Notes under the pieces: model-generated | What the model was told of the DNA's origin: nothing | Seen by the model: only the letters and a program-made list of their open reading frames with translations | The model's database searches: none | In this document: piece by piece, positions 50,602 to 60,388 of the stretch | Layout of the letters: each line of letters starts with the position of its first letter | Numbering within the stretch: the first letter of the stretch is position 1 | Made by a program: the position numbers and the translations under genes | Source of the DNA: Minisyncoccota bacterium | Lineage (GTDB): Bacteria > Patescibacteriota > Minisyncoccia > JBAYJV01 | Direction: 5' to 3' | Assembly (NCBI GenBank): GCA_041664925.1 | Contig: JBAYJV010000004.1 | Coordinates: 26,998-90,997, forward strand | DNA: 64,000 nucleotides

Positions 50602-51193
50602 TTTTTTGTTGGTCAGGGATCTTTTGCCAAACTTCAGGTGCAAGTACAATTTCAAAAGAAAAACCAATGCCTTCATCTTTCATGCTAAACGAAGAAAGTT
50701 TAAAGCTTTTGATGAGCGGTTGTTTTTTAAAGATAATTATCTGTTCAGCCAAATTTGTAAAGCTTGGTGTTGTTCCTGAGACTCTGATTGTTTTGGTGCT
50801 TATTTCACAGCCGAAAGACTGATACTGAACCTTTGGCATAGTTCTTTTTTCCAGAAAATCCAAAACACCCACCCACTCAAGATGACCCTTTATAAGTTGC
50901 TCAATCACAGATAATCGATTTTGAAAATTAGAAACCTCGCTATTCTTCATCAAATTTCTCTTTTCTTCTTCTTTTTTCTTGTTCTCGTCTTCAAGTCTTG
51001 TAATTTCTCTAACTAACGATCTTTGATGGTTTTTTACAATAAAATAGAACCCAAAAATTAACAAAACTCCTAACAAGAAAGAGATTATGTAAATAAGTTT
51101 TTTGGGTTCTCTGGCTTTTCTCAACACCAAAGAACCAATTCTTCCTTTTTTTGCTTTTATTGGATTTGTCGGCGGAATAAGATTCAGCGGCAT
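50591..51193 (-). CDS. PilN-like pilus assembly protein
   Basis: A 200-aa bitopic protein with a coiled coil, immediately downstream of pilM. Confidence 0.5.
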   Translation of the reverse strand: MPLNLIPPTNPIKAKKGRIGSLVLRKAREPKKLIYIISFLLGVLLIFGFYFIVKNHQRSLVREITRLEDENKKKEEEKRNLMKNSEVSNFQNRLSVIEQLIKGHLEWVGVLDFLEKRTMPKVQYQSFGCEISTKTIRVSGTTPSFTNLAEQIIIFKKQPLIKSFKLSSFSMKDEGIGFSFEIVLAPEVWQKIPDQQKNET

Positions 51194-51249
51194 ATATTTC
51201 CTCTTAAATTACTTTATGTTTTAATTATACCTCAGTTTAAAAATAACAA

Positions 51250-52329
51250 CTACTTTTCTAATCCCCTTTTGGCCAAACCAACAGCGACTGCAAAATATGG
51301 ACCTTGCGCTTCTAGCGTATTTTTGATCGTTGGCGGAATAATAATATTTTTCCAAGGATTAATAACTTCTACTTCCGTCCCCAGTTTTTCTCTAAAATAT
51401 TCAACTAATCCTTTTAATAAAACCGCTCCTCCTGATAATATAATTTTATTAACCTTAAGCGAATCCGTTTGGCGACGCTTAATCCGATCAACTATGTCTT
51501 CAAAGTGAGGTAAAAGAGCGCTTTTTACAATCGGATCATCTAGTCCTTTTTCCCTTTTAAGTTTTTCTGCGTCGTTGAAACTCAAGCTTCTTTTTTCATG
51601 AAGAATAGAACGAGTGAAATCATCACCAGAAATATTGATATTGAAAGTATCTTTTATAAATGATTCGAAGAATACTGTAACATTTGTGTTTTGTCCTCCT
51701 ATGTCAATGAATATATAGTGTCCCGAATCAGGAAGACCGGCAGACCTAAATAAGGAAAAGATTTCTACTTCCAATACCTCTGGTTCAACTTTTAAAAATT
51801 TTGTTAAAGTTTGATATCTAGTAACAATATCTTTTGGCACTGCCATTAAAAACACCTCTTGAATCATAATCCCTTGCTTATCGCCACTCAAAATATCCGC
51901 CGATTGCGTCAATCCTGCTTGGGTTTCCCTAATAACTCTCCATTCCAAGATTGTTTCTTCAATTGGTATAGGAACATGTTTTTTTGCCTCAAATTTAATT
52001 GCATTATTCAGTTCTTCTCCTTCAAGATCAGCCGGCAGTCTCAAAATAGTTGTAAAGGTTGAATGGATAGGTATTGATACTGCTGCTTTTTCACTTTGAA
52101 AAGTCGTTGCTTTAAAAACTTCTTTCATAATCCTCCCGAGTTCTATTGGTGAAAGTTTCAAAAAATTCTCTCGACTCTCCATCAATGGATCGCTTTTTAT
52201 ATTAGAATATGTTGAGGCATAATTTTTTAAATAAATACTGCCTCTTTTTTTTTCAAGCTCAACCAATTTCAGAGTTGAACCTCCTATATCGATGCCTAAA
52301 TATGTATTATCGTTTGAAAAAAGTCCCAT
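51250..52329 (-). CDS. pilM: Type IV pilus assembly protein PilM (actin-like ATPase fold)
   Basis: 'LGIDIGGSTLKLVEL' and a second 'FIDIGGQNTNV' phosphate motif. Length is 359 aa. Confidence 0.8.
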   Translation of the reverse strand: MGLFSNDNTYLGIDIGGSTLKLVELEKKRGSIYLKNYASTYSNIKSDPLMESRENFLKLSPIELGRIMKEVFKATTFQSEKAAVSIPIHSTFTTILRLPADLEGEELNNAIKFEAKKHVPIPIEETILEWRVIRETQAGLTQSADILSGDKQGIMIQEVFLMAVPKDIVTRYQTLTKFLKVEPEVLEVEIFSLFRSAGLPDSGHYIFIDIGGQNTNVTVFFESFIKDTFNINISGDDFTRSILHEKRSLSFNDAEKLKREKGLDDPIVKSALLPHFEDIVDRIKRRQTDSLKVNKIILSGGAVLLKGLVEYFREKLGTEVEVINPWKNIIIPPTIKNTLEAQGPYFAVAVGLAKRGLEK

Positions 52330-52500
52330 AAATCTTTCAAATCCGAAAATCGAATATCGAAATTCGAAATAATATCTAATTTTTAATTTTCAAAGTATTA
52401 AAACGGTTTCGAATTTAAAATTTTAAATATTTGAATTCCTGCCTGCCGGCAGGCAGGTGTTTCGAGTTTCGTGCTTTAAAATTTCGGATTTAATTTAAAT
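52330..52500. repeat. MITE-like AT-rich repeat (family copy 1) with 'aaatccgaaaatcgaatatcgaaattcgaaat' terminal inverted repeats, carrying the 20-bp palindrome at 52438-52457
   Basis: Shares 'atatctaatttt', 'aaaacggtttcgaatttaaaat' and 'tttcgtgct' blocks with 63492-63660 and 61090-61222. Confidence 0.6.
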
Positions 52501-53775
52501 TTAGCGCGGTATTACTTCAATATATTCTGGTTGTCCAGGCCTGACATTGAATGTCGTTGATGTCGAACAACTCTTCGTTCCAGAGTCAAAATGAATTGTG
52601 TGCGTTACTGTTCTGGGAGATACTTCACTATAAGTATGTGTCGCATTTTGAGTGCTGGCAGCTGTGCTATCGCCAAAATCCCAGAAATAACTTTCTACTG
52701 AATAGGATCCCGGGTCAGATGTTGACGTATCTTGAAAATTAATTTCATCGCCAATCTTCGGTTTTGTAGGACTCATTGTAAATCCGCACTCAGGATAATT
52801 TATTGGTACTGTAAATCCTGGCCCAGAAGTCCATGATGACCAGAGCCCGTCATTGTCTTGTACTCTCACTTCCCAAGAATACGTTTGACCATACCGAACC
52901 CTTAGGGGTGTCAAAGATAAACTTTCACTTGTCCCGATTAAGACTCCTTGTGATTGATCATCGCCATCCTCAAACTGATTAGGAAGATAAGGTCCGGGAG
53001 AAGAAGTTCCCGAAGATCCAGTTCCAGTATTAGTGAGTCTTAATTCATAAGTGTTTTCGTAGGCACCAATATCGATATCACGAAATGTCCAGTTTAGAAA
53101 ATAGTTTGCGGTATTATTACAAAGATCGTTATTGTTTGGTCCGGTAATATTTGTGTTTTCTACATACGGAGAATTATTGAAAACTAATGGATTAGTCCAA
53201 ATATAATAACCTGTACCACTAGAACTTATCCATCCTATAACTGCTGTGCTAGTAGTTGTTCCCCCACCCCAAGCATAATCAGAAAAACGACCAGTATTTA
53301 AATCAACACTAAGACCATAAAGAGTATCTCTTAATTTGATCCAACCGTAATCATCTCCAATTAAGTTAACGGCTTTTGCCCAACCGGACACTTGTCCATT
53401 CGCCGGATTAATTGTTGGTGTACAATTTGCGTGATCAGGACATTCGCCAGCTGTAACATCAAAACTAATCCAGCCGATATTATCTGACCAAGCATTGCCA
53501 GAAAAAACATGGGTTGAAGTGGAAATCGTCACGCCATAAGTACTTGTTCCGCAAATATTCGATTGACTTGGCCCTCCTTCAGTACAATTAAAACTGATCC
53601 AACCAATGTTATCTGACCACGCCCAGCCATGAACATTATCACTCGCAGACGCATAACATAGTCCTGTGAAAATCAAAAAACCTCCCAAAAGGAAAACAGC
53701 GCCCACGGATAATTTTAGTAGGATTTTTTTCAAATCTAATCTTAACATCTTTATAAAGATTATATCACAAAACAC
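52501..53775 (-). CDS. Secreted protein with a duplicated 'AWSDNIGWISF' motif and a C-terminal PKD domain
   Basis: A signal peptide and a PKD signature 'YFWDFGDST...HTY'. Length is 424 aa. Confidence 0.6.
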   Translation of the reverse strand: MFCDIIFIKMLRLDLKKILLKLSVGAVFLLGGFLIFTGLCYASASDNVHGWAWSDNIGWISFNCTEGGPSQSNICGTSTYGVTISTSTHVFSGNAWSDNIGWISFDVTAGECPDHANCTPTINPANGQVSGWAKAVNLIGDDYGWIKLRDTLYGLSVDLNTGRFSDYAWGGGTTTSTAVIGWISSSGTGYYIWTNPLVFNNSPYVENTNITGPNNNDLCNNTANYFLNWTFRDIDIGAYENTYELRLTNTGTGSSGTSSPGPYLPNQFEDGDDQSQGVLIGTSESLSLTPLRVRYGQTYSWEVRVQDNDGLWSSWTSGPGFTVPINYPECGFTMSPTKPKIGDEINFQDTSTSDPGSYSVESYFWDFGDSTAASTQNATHTYSEVSPRTVTHTIHFDSGTKSCSTSTTFNVRPGQPEYIEVIPR

Positions 53776-53884
53776 ATTTCTCCGCTCAAAGAATGTTATC
53801 CACAGAAAAATATTATTCTCAAAACAAAATATCCGCTACGAATGTAATGGATATTTCCTTCTTTCTTGATCTCAGCCTAAAAAA

Positions 53885-54496
53885 TTATTTCCCCAATAAT
53901 TTTCCCACTTCATTCATTATACTTACTGATTTCGCAACATACGACCCTTGAGTAACAAGTAAATTCTGATCGCTTACAACCCTTACCTGATCACTAATTT
54001 TTAAATTCTCTAATTTAATATCCTCGTAAGTGAACGGCTCTGGGGCAATCATGCCTTCGATAGGTTCGCCAGCCTTGTCTTTTTCCTCTAATTCTTGCTG
54101 ATATGCCTCGTATTCTTTAATAAACTCTTCCTGATTTTTCTCATGAGCTAAAGAAAAAACTGTCTCTCTCGTAATGTTAAATTTCATCTCCTTCGGAAAA
54201 GTTGATCCCAGGGGATTGAGAATTTGGTCTTCTTTTGGTTGAATTACTATAAGGTTTTTGTCTATTTTTGACACATTTCCTGTTACGCTTTTTAGTTCTT
54301 GCGGCAACGACCTTAAAATTCCTACTTGGCGCAAACTCGTTGCAAATTCTTTCTGAATTTGTTCACTACTGATTTTATCACTTAATACTGGTGTTTTTCC
54401 AATGGCATATCCCAAAAAGAAAAAAACTAAAACACCAAAAATAATACTGATAAAAATCCCGATTTTAAAATTTCCTATCTTCATAATATTAAACAA
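53885..54496 (-). CDS. Hypothetical membrane-anchored protein
   Basis: 203 aa with an N-terminal TM. Confidence 0.4.
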   Translation of the reverse strand: MFNIMKIGNFKIGIFISIIFGVLVFFFLGYAIGKTPVLSDKISSEQIQKEFATSLRQVGILRSLPQELKSVTGNVSKIDKNLIVIQPKEDQILNPLGSTFPKEMKFNITRETVFSLAHEKNQEEFIKEYEAYQQELEEKDKAGEPIEGMIAPEPFTYEDIKLENLKISDQVRVVSDQNLLVTQGSYVAKSVSIMNEVGKLLGK

Positions 54497-54513
54497 GAAA
54501 AGTTAATTAAATA

Positions 54514-55017
54514 CTATTGTCTTACGCAAAAATCACAGCTTGTTGCAAAATATGTACCATCACTTCTTAGTACCGCATAACAATAACTGTATGAACCAAC
54601 AGTATTAAGCGCGCACACATAGTTATAGCTATTGCAATAACAAGCATCTCCAACCGGTTGGCCCATATCCATATAGCCATTACAATTATCATAATCGGTC
54701 AAAGAACATTTGTAGTCAGACCAATTGCACTTTCTGTTTTTGACAAAAATGTCACCAACTTGCCCAACATTAGTAAAAGGACAATTTGGCAATAACCGAA
54801 CAACAGGAGGATAAACTGCCCAAGCAGGCGTGATAATTTCTGGCGCTTTCATCCTGTTCTGACTTAACAAGAAAGTGTTTCTGGCGCTTAAGTAAAAATT
54901 CTGAGTTTTCGCGTAAAACAAATTCCTTTCTTTTCGCAAAAGAAACGGCGATATAGCTAAAAGCAAAATTAGCAAGGTTAAAATTACTACATGGTGTGTC
55001 TTTAAAAATGTTTTCAT
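54514..55017 (-). CDS. Small Cys-rich secreted/anchored protein (start adjusted)
   Basis: A signal-anchor and a C-terminal region with many Cys (CDNCNGY...CYCNSYNYVC). Confidence 0.4.
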   Translation of the reverse strand: MKTFLKTHHVVILTLLILLLAISPFLLRKERNLFYAKTQNFYLSARNTFLLSQNRMKAPEIITPAWAVYPPVVRLLPNCPFTNVGQVGDIFVKNRKCNWSDYKCSLTDYDNCNGYMDMGQPVGDACYCNSYNYVCALNTVGSYSYCYAVLRSDGTYFATSCDFCVRQ

Positions 55018-55022
55018 AAATA

Positions 55023-57251
55023 TTATTGTTTTACAATACAATACATGCATTCAGTGTTAAGGTATGAATTACTAGCATTACATGTATCGTCTACGCCGCC
55101 ACAGGTGGAAGCAACCCCCATAACATTACTCCTACACATAGCGCTTCCTTCTGATGATGTCCATACTTCAATGTATTCATAAGGATCGGGTGCTTCATCA
55201 ACATAACAGATTGTGCCAACTCGACACCAATAGTTTCGGTAACTGAAACCATCTTCGTTTTGAACCAAAAGATCCCCCTTGCTTGCGGTTAATCCAGGAC
55301 CGAAAGAAGGATTTCCTGTTGTTATTCCAAAACTAGCACAGTCTTGAATAACATCTGCTGGATTACAAACCCCACAGTCATCTGGACAAGTTGAGCATGT
55401 TTCTCCACAAGTGGAACTACATGTTCCATCGTTGCAAGCACAATCACAACTTGCATCATAATTACAAGATGCATAAGTGGAATTATCAGTAGTACATTTT
55501 TCGGTGGAAGCACAACCACTGCCAATATTTGTCCATGACGACCAATTTCCGTTAGTTATGGCCCCGTTACAGCTTGCACTACCCGAACATTTTTGAGTAA
55601 CCGTTCTGTTTTGACTTTGAGCATCATTGTCACAGGCCGCTCCTGTACATCGATAATCATATTCTGTCCAAGTATTGCAGATATATGAAGAAGGTCTGAA
55701 AGCATCACTTGGACAAGTAGCGCCTGATCCCGAACAGGTTTCTGCTAAATCACAATCCCCCGCAGAGGCACGACAAACAGTGCCTAAAGAATCATAGTTA
55801 CATCCATTGGTACAACAAGCACCAGAGGAACAAAAACAACCAGAGCTCACAGTAATCGTCGTTGTATTTTCTGCCGTAACGCCTGATCTTGTAACTCGCG
55901 CTTTGGCAGTATATGTGCCTACTGAAGAATAATTACACAAATCCGTAGCTGTATAAGAAGTATTAGAAATTGTAGTAGACGCTTCCCATGATCCGTTATT
56001 AGTACAATCAAATTGATATCCGATATTACCCGTAGCTGTGCCAGAGACAGTCGCTGTCAAATCCACTCCATTTAATGGAGCCGTACCAGAGGAAGGAGTT
56101 GCAGAAAGCACAACAGAAACTGTCGGACCTGTTAAATTTCCTTTTCTAATAATCGCTGTGCGGTAAGCTTTTGAAATTACTCCATCTACAAAAATACTTT
56201 TGCCAGCATTAAAAAGCCACAGAGAGCTGGGGTTCATTTGAATATTAATTCCCGAGCCAACCGTCAAGTTTCCGCCTTCTGCGCCAACAATAGTTCCAGT
56301 TTTTATAACGCAAGTGTTTGTACCCCCCAACGCAGTATTATTAACAGTGTAATTTCCTGTTGTATAGTCAGGAATGCAATTTGCCACAGCCCCATCTCCT
56401 GTAAGAGCAATGCTAATATTGCTCGCATTGCTATTAAATATAGCTGTACCACTAAAAGCGCCTACGCTACCTGGGGTAAACCTTAGGGTTGTCGATTGTT
56501 GTTGTCCGGCTGTAAGGCCATAAGAACATCCACTAAAACAGGAAAAAGGAGTGCTCAATCCGCTGACCGATCCAGTCAATGTTCCTGTGCCAGTATTTTT
56601 GACCGTAAAAGCGTAATCGCCGTTTGAGCCAACATTAATACTGCCAAAATAAAAAGAAGGAGATGGTGTAACGGAAATTTGCGGAGGAGCCACAATTTCA
56701 AAAACAATATCTGGCATGCCAGAAATACCACTTGTAAACTCATAGTGATCACTATCAAAACCCAAACTAGTTCTAGCGTTGACTCCTCTTAATATTTGAA
56801 CATTATTGCAAGTTTTAGGAATTCCCGGATTTTCCCTATAACATCCAAAGCTCCCCGTATTCATATTATCAACTAGCACAAAATACACTTCTGCCGCACT
56901 CACATTAAGAGGAGTGCTTAAAGAAACACATGTCCATTTGTATGAACTACTTGTTATTGTTACGCCATACTGATCGCCTAAATAGTAACTCGAAGAATCA
57001 TATAAGCCAACATGTACTGTTCCTTTTATATAGGCACATAGTTTTGTTATTCTTCCATTCACGATAGGGCTAAATTTATACCCTGGATCACGATTAGAAA
57101 AATTATCACAATAAAGTGTTCCGCTCTCACAAGAACCCCAAACTTGTCCAGTTTCTGCTGCCCTCGCTTTGTGTGATGATATTAAAAATAATGCGCTGAC
57201 AACTAAAACCACGCTTAACAAAATAAATTTTTTAAAATTAAGTCCTCTCAT
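55023..57251 (-). CDS. Large Cys-rich secreted protein with a disintegrin-like (ADAM-type) domain
   Basis: A signal peptide and 'GACCTNGCNYDSLGTVCRASAGDCDLAETCSGSGATCPSD', which matches disintegrin spacing GxCCxxCx(6-8)GTxCRx(5)CDLxExCxGxSxxCPxD. The Cys-rich tail continues. Confidence 0.6.
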   Translation of the reverse strand: MRGLNFKKFILLSVVLVVSALFLISSHKARAAETGQVWGSCESGTLYCDNFSNRDPGYKFSPIVNGRITKLCAYIKGTVHVGLYDSSSYYLGDQYGVTITSSSYKWTCVSLSTPLNVSAAEVYFVLVDNMNTGSFGCYRENPGIPKTCNNVQILRGVNARTSLGFDSDHYEFTSGISGMPDIVFEIVAPPQISVTPSPSFYFGSINVGSNGDYAFTVKNTGTGTLTGSVSGLSTPFSCFSGCSYGLTAGQQQSTTLRFTPGSVGAFSGTAIFNSNASNISIALTGDGAVANCIPDYTTGNYTVNNTALGGTNTCVIKTGTIVGAEGGNLTVGSGINIQMNPSSLWLFNAGKSIFVDGVISKAYRTAIIRKGNLTGPTVSVVLSATPSSGTAPLNGVDLTATVSGTATGNIGYQFDCTNNGSWEASTTISNTSYTATDLCNYSSVGTYTAKARVTRSGVTAENTTTITVSSGCFCSSGACCTNGCNYDSLGTVCRASAGDCDLAETCSGSGATCPSDAFRPSSYICNTWTEYDYRCTGAACDNDAQSQNRTVTQKCSGSASCNGAITNGNWSSWTNIGSGCASTEKCTTDNSTYASCNYDASCDCACNDGTCSSTCGETCSTCPDDCGVCNPADVIQDCASFGITTGNPSFGPGLTASKGDLLVQNEDGFSYRNYWCRVGTICYVDEAPDPYEYIEVWTSSEGSAMCRSNVMGVASTCGGVDDTCNASNSYLNTECMYCIVKQ

Positions 57252-57272
57252 TTTTCAATTTTAGATTTATGC

Positions 57273-57818
57273 TTAAAAACTAATCGCATCCCAAAAAAGA
57301 GTCATTTTGTGCTCTTCGCCAGATTTAAGTCGGTACTTGAATTCAACTGGATACGATGCCCCCAAAACAAGATATTTTGGTTGCCAAGTTAATTGATAAA
57401 AGACAGTGTTGTTGTTTTTATCAGCACGCAAAAGCGCAAAATCTTTTTCCTGAGCGCCACTGCCATCTTTCAAAACCGCTTTAACTGTTTTTATTTCCGA
57501 TGAATTTTTAAGCGCCAATATTATGTTTTGTCTTTCTCCTTCTTTGAGTTGAAATGGGTCAATGGTGATTGCAGAAAAATTGCCTGCTTCATCACCAGAA
57601 ACGCCAAAAGTTTCCGATCTATTAACAGTTTGATTTATCGATTTTTCTGAAAATTCGCTTATCCCAAAAATCCATTTTCCGCTAATGACCAAATAAGACA
57701 TAATACTCAAAAAAATCACTACCAAAAAAAGCAAAACTACTGCCACGACATTAATCTGATTAGATTTTTGAAGTGACTTTTTTTCCATTTTCATTTTAAG
57801 GTTTGAGGTAAGTTTCAT
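57273..57818 (-). CDS. Hypothetical membrane-anchored protein
   Basis: 181 aa with an N-terminal TM. It is co-directional with the adhesin cluster. Confidence 0.4.
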   Translation of the reverse strand: MKLTSNLKMKMEKKSLQKSNQINVVAVVLLFLVVIFLSIMSYLVISGKWIFGISEFSEKSINQTVNRSETFGVSGDEAGNFSAITIDPFQLKEGERQNIILALKNSSEIKTVKAVLKDGSGAQEKDFALLRADKNNNTVFYQLTWQPKYLVLGASYPVEFKYRLKSGEEHKMTLFWDAISF

Positions 57819-59083
57819 TTGTTCAAGACATCAAGGTCAATATAATTCTTTGTATTTTGATCACTATAGAGATTATTTAGCTCACCACTATGATCAATTC
57901 TTGTGCCAATTAAGCGATATGAGAACTTTGCATTTGACGCGCCATCTCTTGATTTAACAATTAATTTTGAATCATTCATATAAGCATAGAGAGAAGCATT
58001 GCTCTGTGAAGAAACAAAGGGCACTACTGATTTTAGATCAACGGCATGCCAGAAGAGCCACAGGTCAGATCCCTCGGTTTGTTTTGCCAAGTCAATAGTT
58101 AATTCTCTTTTTTTAAGCTGGCTTTGACCAATAACTTCTATTTTTTGACCAATAGAGTCTGGTAAATAAGTTACATATTTTTTGCCTTGAATATTAAACA
58201 CAGGATCAATTTCCCTTACATTACCAAGTTTGTAGTTCGCAAAATCGATGCTTCCCCCACCGCTTGTATTAATAGTAAATGGAGAATTACCCACGGTACT
58301 TGTTCCTGTCCACTGAGTAATATAATTGTTTGTGCCAGAACCTGTAACCCCTCCCGCATCCGCCGCACAAACCCATTGGTCCGATGAATTATATTTCATT
58401 ATTTGATCAGTAGCACAATTTTGAATTCCAAAATTATTGCTCGCATCCCTCTGAAGTCCTTTGTTTGTAATAATATTCTGGGTTGACGTAACGCCCGTAT
58501 TGGTTATGGTAATATTGCCATTTGCCCCACCATCGGTAATTGAAATACCAGTTCCTGCAGTAAGTACTCTTTCGCCAGTAAGAGTGCCGTTAAGCCCTAA
58601 AACAACATAGCTTGCATCCGTAGGAGCACCGCCACCAACAGCATTTTGCCATTGAGCCCCGCTAGCAGTTTGAGTTAATACCTGACCATTGGTTCCGATT
58701 GATCCATTAATATATATATCGCTATTTAAAAGATAAATGTTTTTCCCGGATCCCATATAAAGACCCGTTTCATAAATAAACACATCTCCCAGTCCAGTAC
58801 TATCTCCGTTTATACTAAGACCACTTGCAACACTTGTAATTGCGGTATTGGCCATTCCGGAATTATTGATATTCAGTCCTCCTTGTATTATTAATTGCCC
58901 ACTTTTGGTTTGCGCTGTAGAGCCAACATTAACAGGTGCGGCAACATTATCTCCAGGAGGTACCGCTGTTGGTCCTGTCCAAGCAGCGATTGCTATTTGA
59001 AACCCAATCGCTCCAACAGTCACTAAAAAAAGAAAAGCCAGTATCCGCGCTACTGAACTGACAGAAAAGTTTGCTTTTTTCAT
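57815..59083 (-). CDS. Secreted Gly/Thr/Asn-rich protein (putative pilus-associated adhesin; first gene of the cluster)
   Basis: An N-terminal signal/TM and low-complexity G/T/N-rich beta-like repeats. Length is 422 aa. Confidence 0.45.
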   Translation of the reverse strand: MKKANFSVSSVARILAFLFLVTVGAIGFQIAIAAWTGPTAVPPGDNVAAPVNVGSTAQTKSGQLIIQGGLNINNSGMANTAITSVASGLSINGDSTGLGDVFIYETGLYMGSGKNIYLLNSDIYINGSIGTNGQVLTQTASGAQWQNAVGGGAPTDASYVVLGLNGTLTGERVLTAGTGISITDGGANGNITITNTGVTSTQNIITNKGLQRDASNNFGIQNCATDQIMKYNSSDQWVCAADAGGVTGSGTNNYITQWTGTSTVGNSPFTINTSGGGSIDFANYKLGNVREIDPVFNIQGKKYVTYLPDSIGQKIEVIGQSQLKKRELTIDLAKQTEGSDLWLFWHAVDLKSVVPFVSSQSNASLYAYMNDSKLIVKSRDGASNAKFSYRLIGTRIDHSGELNNLYSDQNTKNYIDLDVLNK

Positions 59084-59297
59084 AGAAATATAAAAAGAAA
59101 AATAATTAAATTACTACTAAAATGATAGCACAAATCACCCCAGACTATAAATAAGTTATCCACACTTATCTTAATTTTTAATTTTAAATTTTTAATTTAC
59201 AATAAATTCTTAATGATTCGGTTTTATTAAATTGTTTGAAAATTAAAAAATTGAACATTGATTGGAAATTGAAAATTGATAATTTAATATATCTACC

Positions 59298-60005
59298 ATG
59301 AATATTTTCGATATTTTATTCCCTCCCCATTGTATTTCTTGTCAAAAAATCACCGATAATAAGTCTGTTTTTTATAAATACCTTTGTTCTGATTGTCTTC
59401 GAAAAATAAAGATAAATGAAGATGATATGTGTATTTCTTGTCATAATTTAACTCGATTTGGCAAAACCTGCTCCAGTTGTTCAAAAAATACACCTCTTAA
59501 TGGTTTGCTGGTTGCATCTGATTATAAAAATCCTATCTTAAAAGAAACTATTCATTATTTTAAATATAACAATGTTAAAGATCTTTCACTTCCCCTTTCT
59601 TGGGTTCTCTTAAAAAAATTAGAAGAATTTGAATGGAAAAATAAAGAAGAATGGATTTTTGTCCCAGTACCATTGGCAAAAAAACGCCTTAAATTTCGCG
59701 GATTTAATCAGACAGAACTTTTGGCGCGAAATTTAGCTAAATGGCTTAACATTTTCGTATCTTCTGCTATAATAGAGAGAGTCAAATTTCATACTCCTCA
59801 GATGCAGATCGAAAATAATCAAGAAAGGCTTGAAAATATTAAAAATAGTTTTAGGATAGTAAAGAACCTTGATCTGCTAAAAATAAGAAATAAAAGAATA
59901 ATGCTCGTTGATGATGTTTCAACAACAGGAGCAACTTTGTCTGAGTGCGCGAAAGTTCTTAAACCTCACGTTAAAGAGATTTGGGGATGCGTCGTAGCAA
60001 AGTGA
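59298..60005 (+). CDS. comF: ComF family competence protein (phosphoribosyltransferase-like)
   Basis: N-terminal Zn-finger 'CISCQ...CSDC...CISC...CSSC' and a C-terminal PRTase 'IMLVDDVSTTGATL'. Confidence 0.75.
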   Translation: MNIFDILFPPHCISCQKITDNKSVFYKYLCSDCLRKIKINEDDMCISCHNLTRFGKTCSSCSKNTPLNGLLVASDYKNPILKETIHYFKYNNVKDLSLPLSWVLLKKLEEFEWKNKEEWIFVPVPLAKKRLKFRGFNQTELLARNLAKWLNIFVSSAIIERVKFHTPQMQIENNQERLENIKNSFRIVKNLDLLKIRNKRIMLVDDVSTTGATLSECAKVLKPHVKEIWGCVVAK

Positions 60006-60079
60006 AAAGTTTAAAATTAAAAGTGCAAAGTAAGAAGTCTCTGTTGTTTTGCGTTTTTCACTTTGCGTTTTACGCTTTT

Positions 60080-60128
60080 GGAAGGGTGGCTGAGACCTGC
60101 CTGCCGGCAGGCAGGGGCTGAAAGCAAC
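60080..60128 (+). other. Duplicated 5' portion (nt 1-29) of tRNA-Ser(GCT), precisely interrupted in the D-loop by the 20-bp palindrome (60096-60115)
   Basis: GGAAGGGTGGCTGAGA[CCTGCCTGCCGGCAGGCAGG]GGCTGAAAGCAAC. The parts flanking the palindrome equal the first 29 nt of the intact tRNA-Ser. Confidence 0.8.
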
Positions 60129-60139
60129 AAATATAAGAT

Positions 60140-60364
60140 ATGTTTTATGTTTATTTTCTAAAAAGTAAAAAAGATAATAATTTATATATAGGTCGGACAA
60201 ATAATATCAAAAGAAGATTCTGTGAACATAATGCAGGTAGTGTGCCTTCTACAAAATCGAGAAAACCATTCATACTTTTAGGATATGAAACATGCGAAAC
60301 TGAAAAAGAATCAGTAGAAAAAGAGAAATTGAGTTCAAAAAAGGATATAAGAGAGAAGAACTAA
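60140..60364 (+). CDS. Small GIY-YIG nuclease-domain protein
   Basis: 'FYVYFLKS.KDNNLYIGRTNNIKRRFCEHNAG...SRKPFILLGYE' matches the GIY-YIG catalytic core (GIY...YIG...R...E...N). Confidence 0.7.
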   Translation: MFYVYFLKSKKDNNLYIGRTNNIKRRFCEHNAGSVPSTKSRKPFILLGYETCETEKESVEKEKLSSKKDIREKN

Positions 60365-60388
60365 GAAGAAAATACAATCCATAAAAAT

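Noticed and set aside
45126-59163. Three perfect DnaA boxes as a replication origin
   Set aside because: They are 6-8 kb apart, each in a different promoter region. There is no DnaA-box cluster, AT-rich DUE, or dnaA/dnaN neighbourhood. This is not an oriC.
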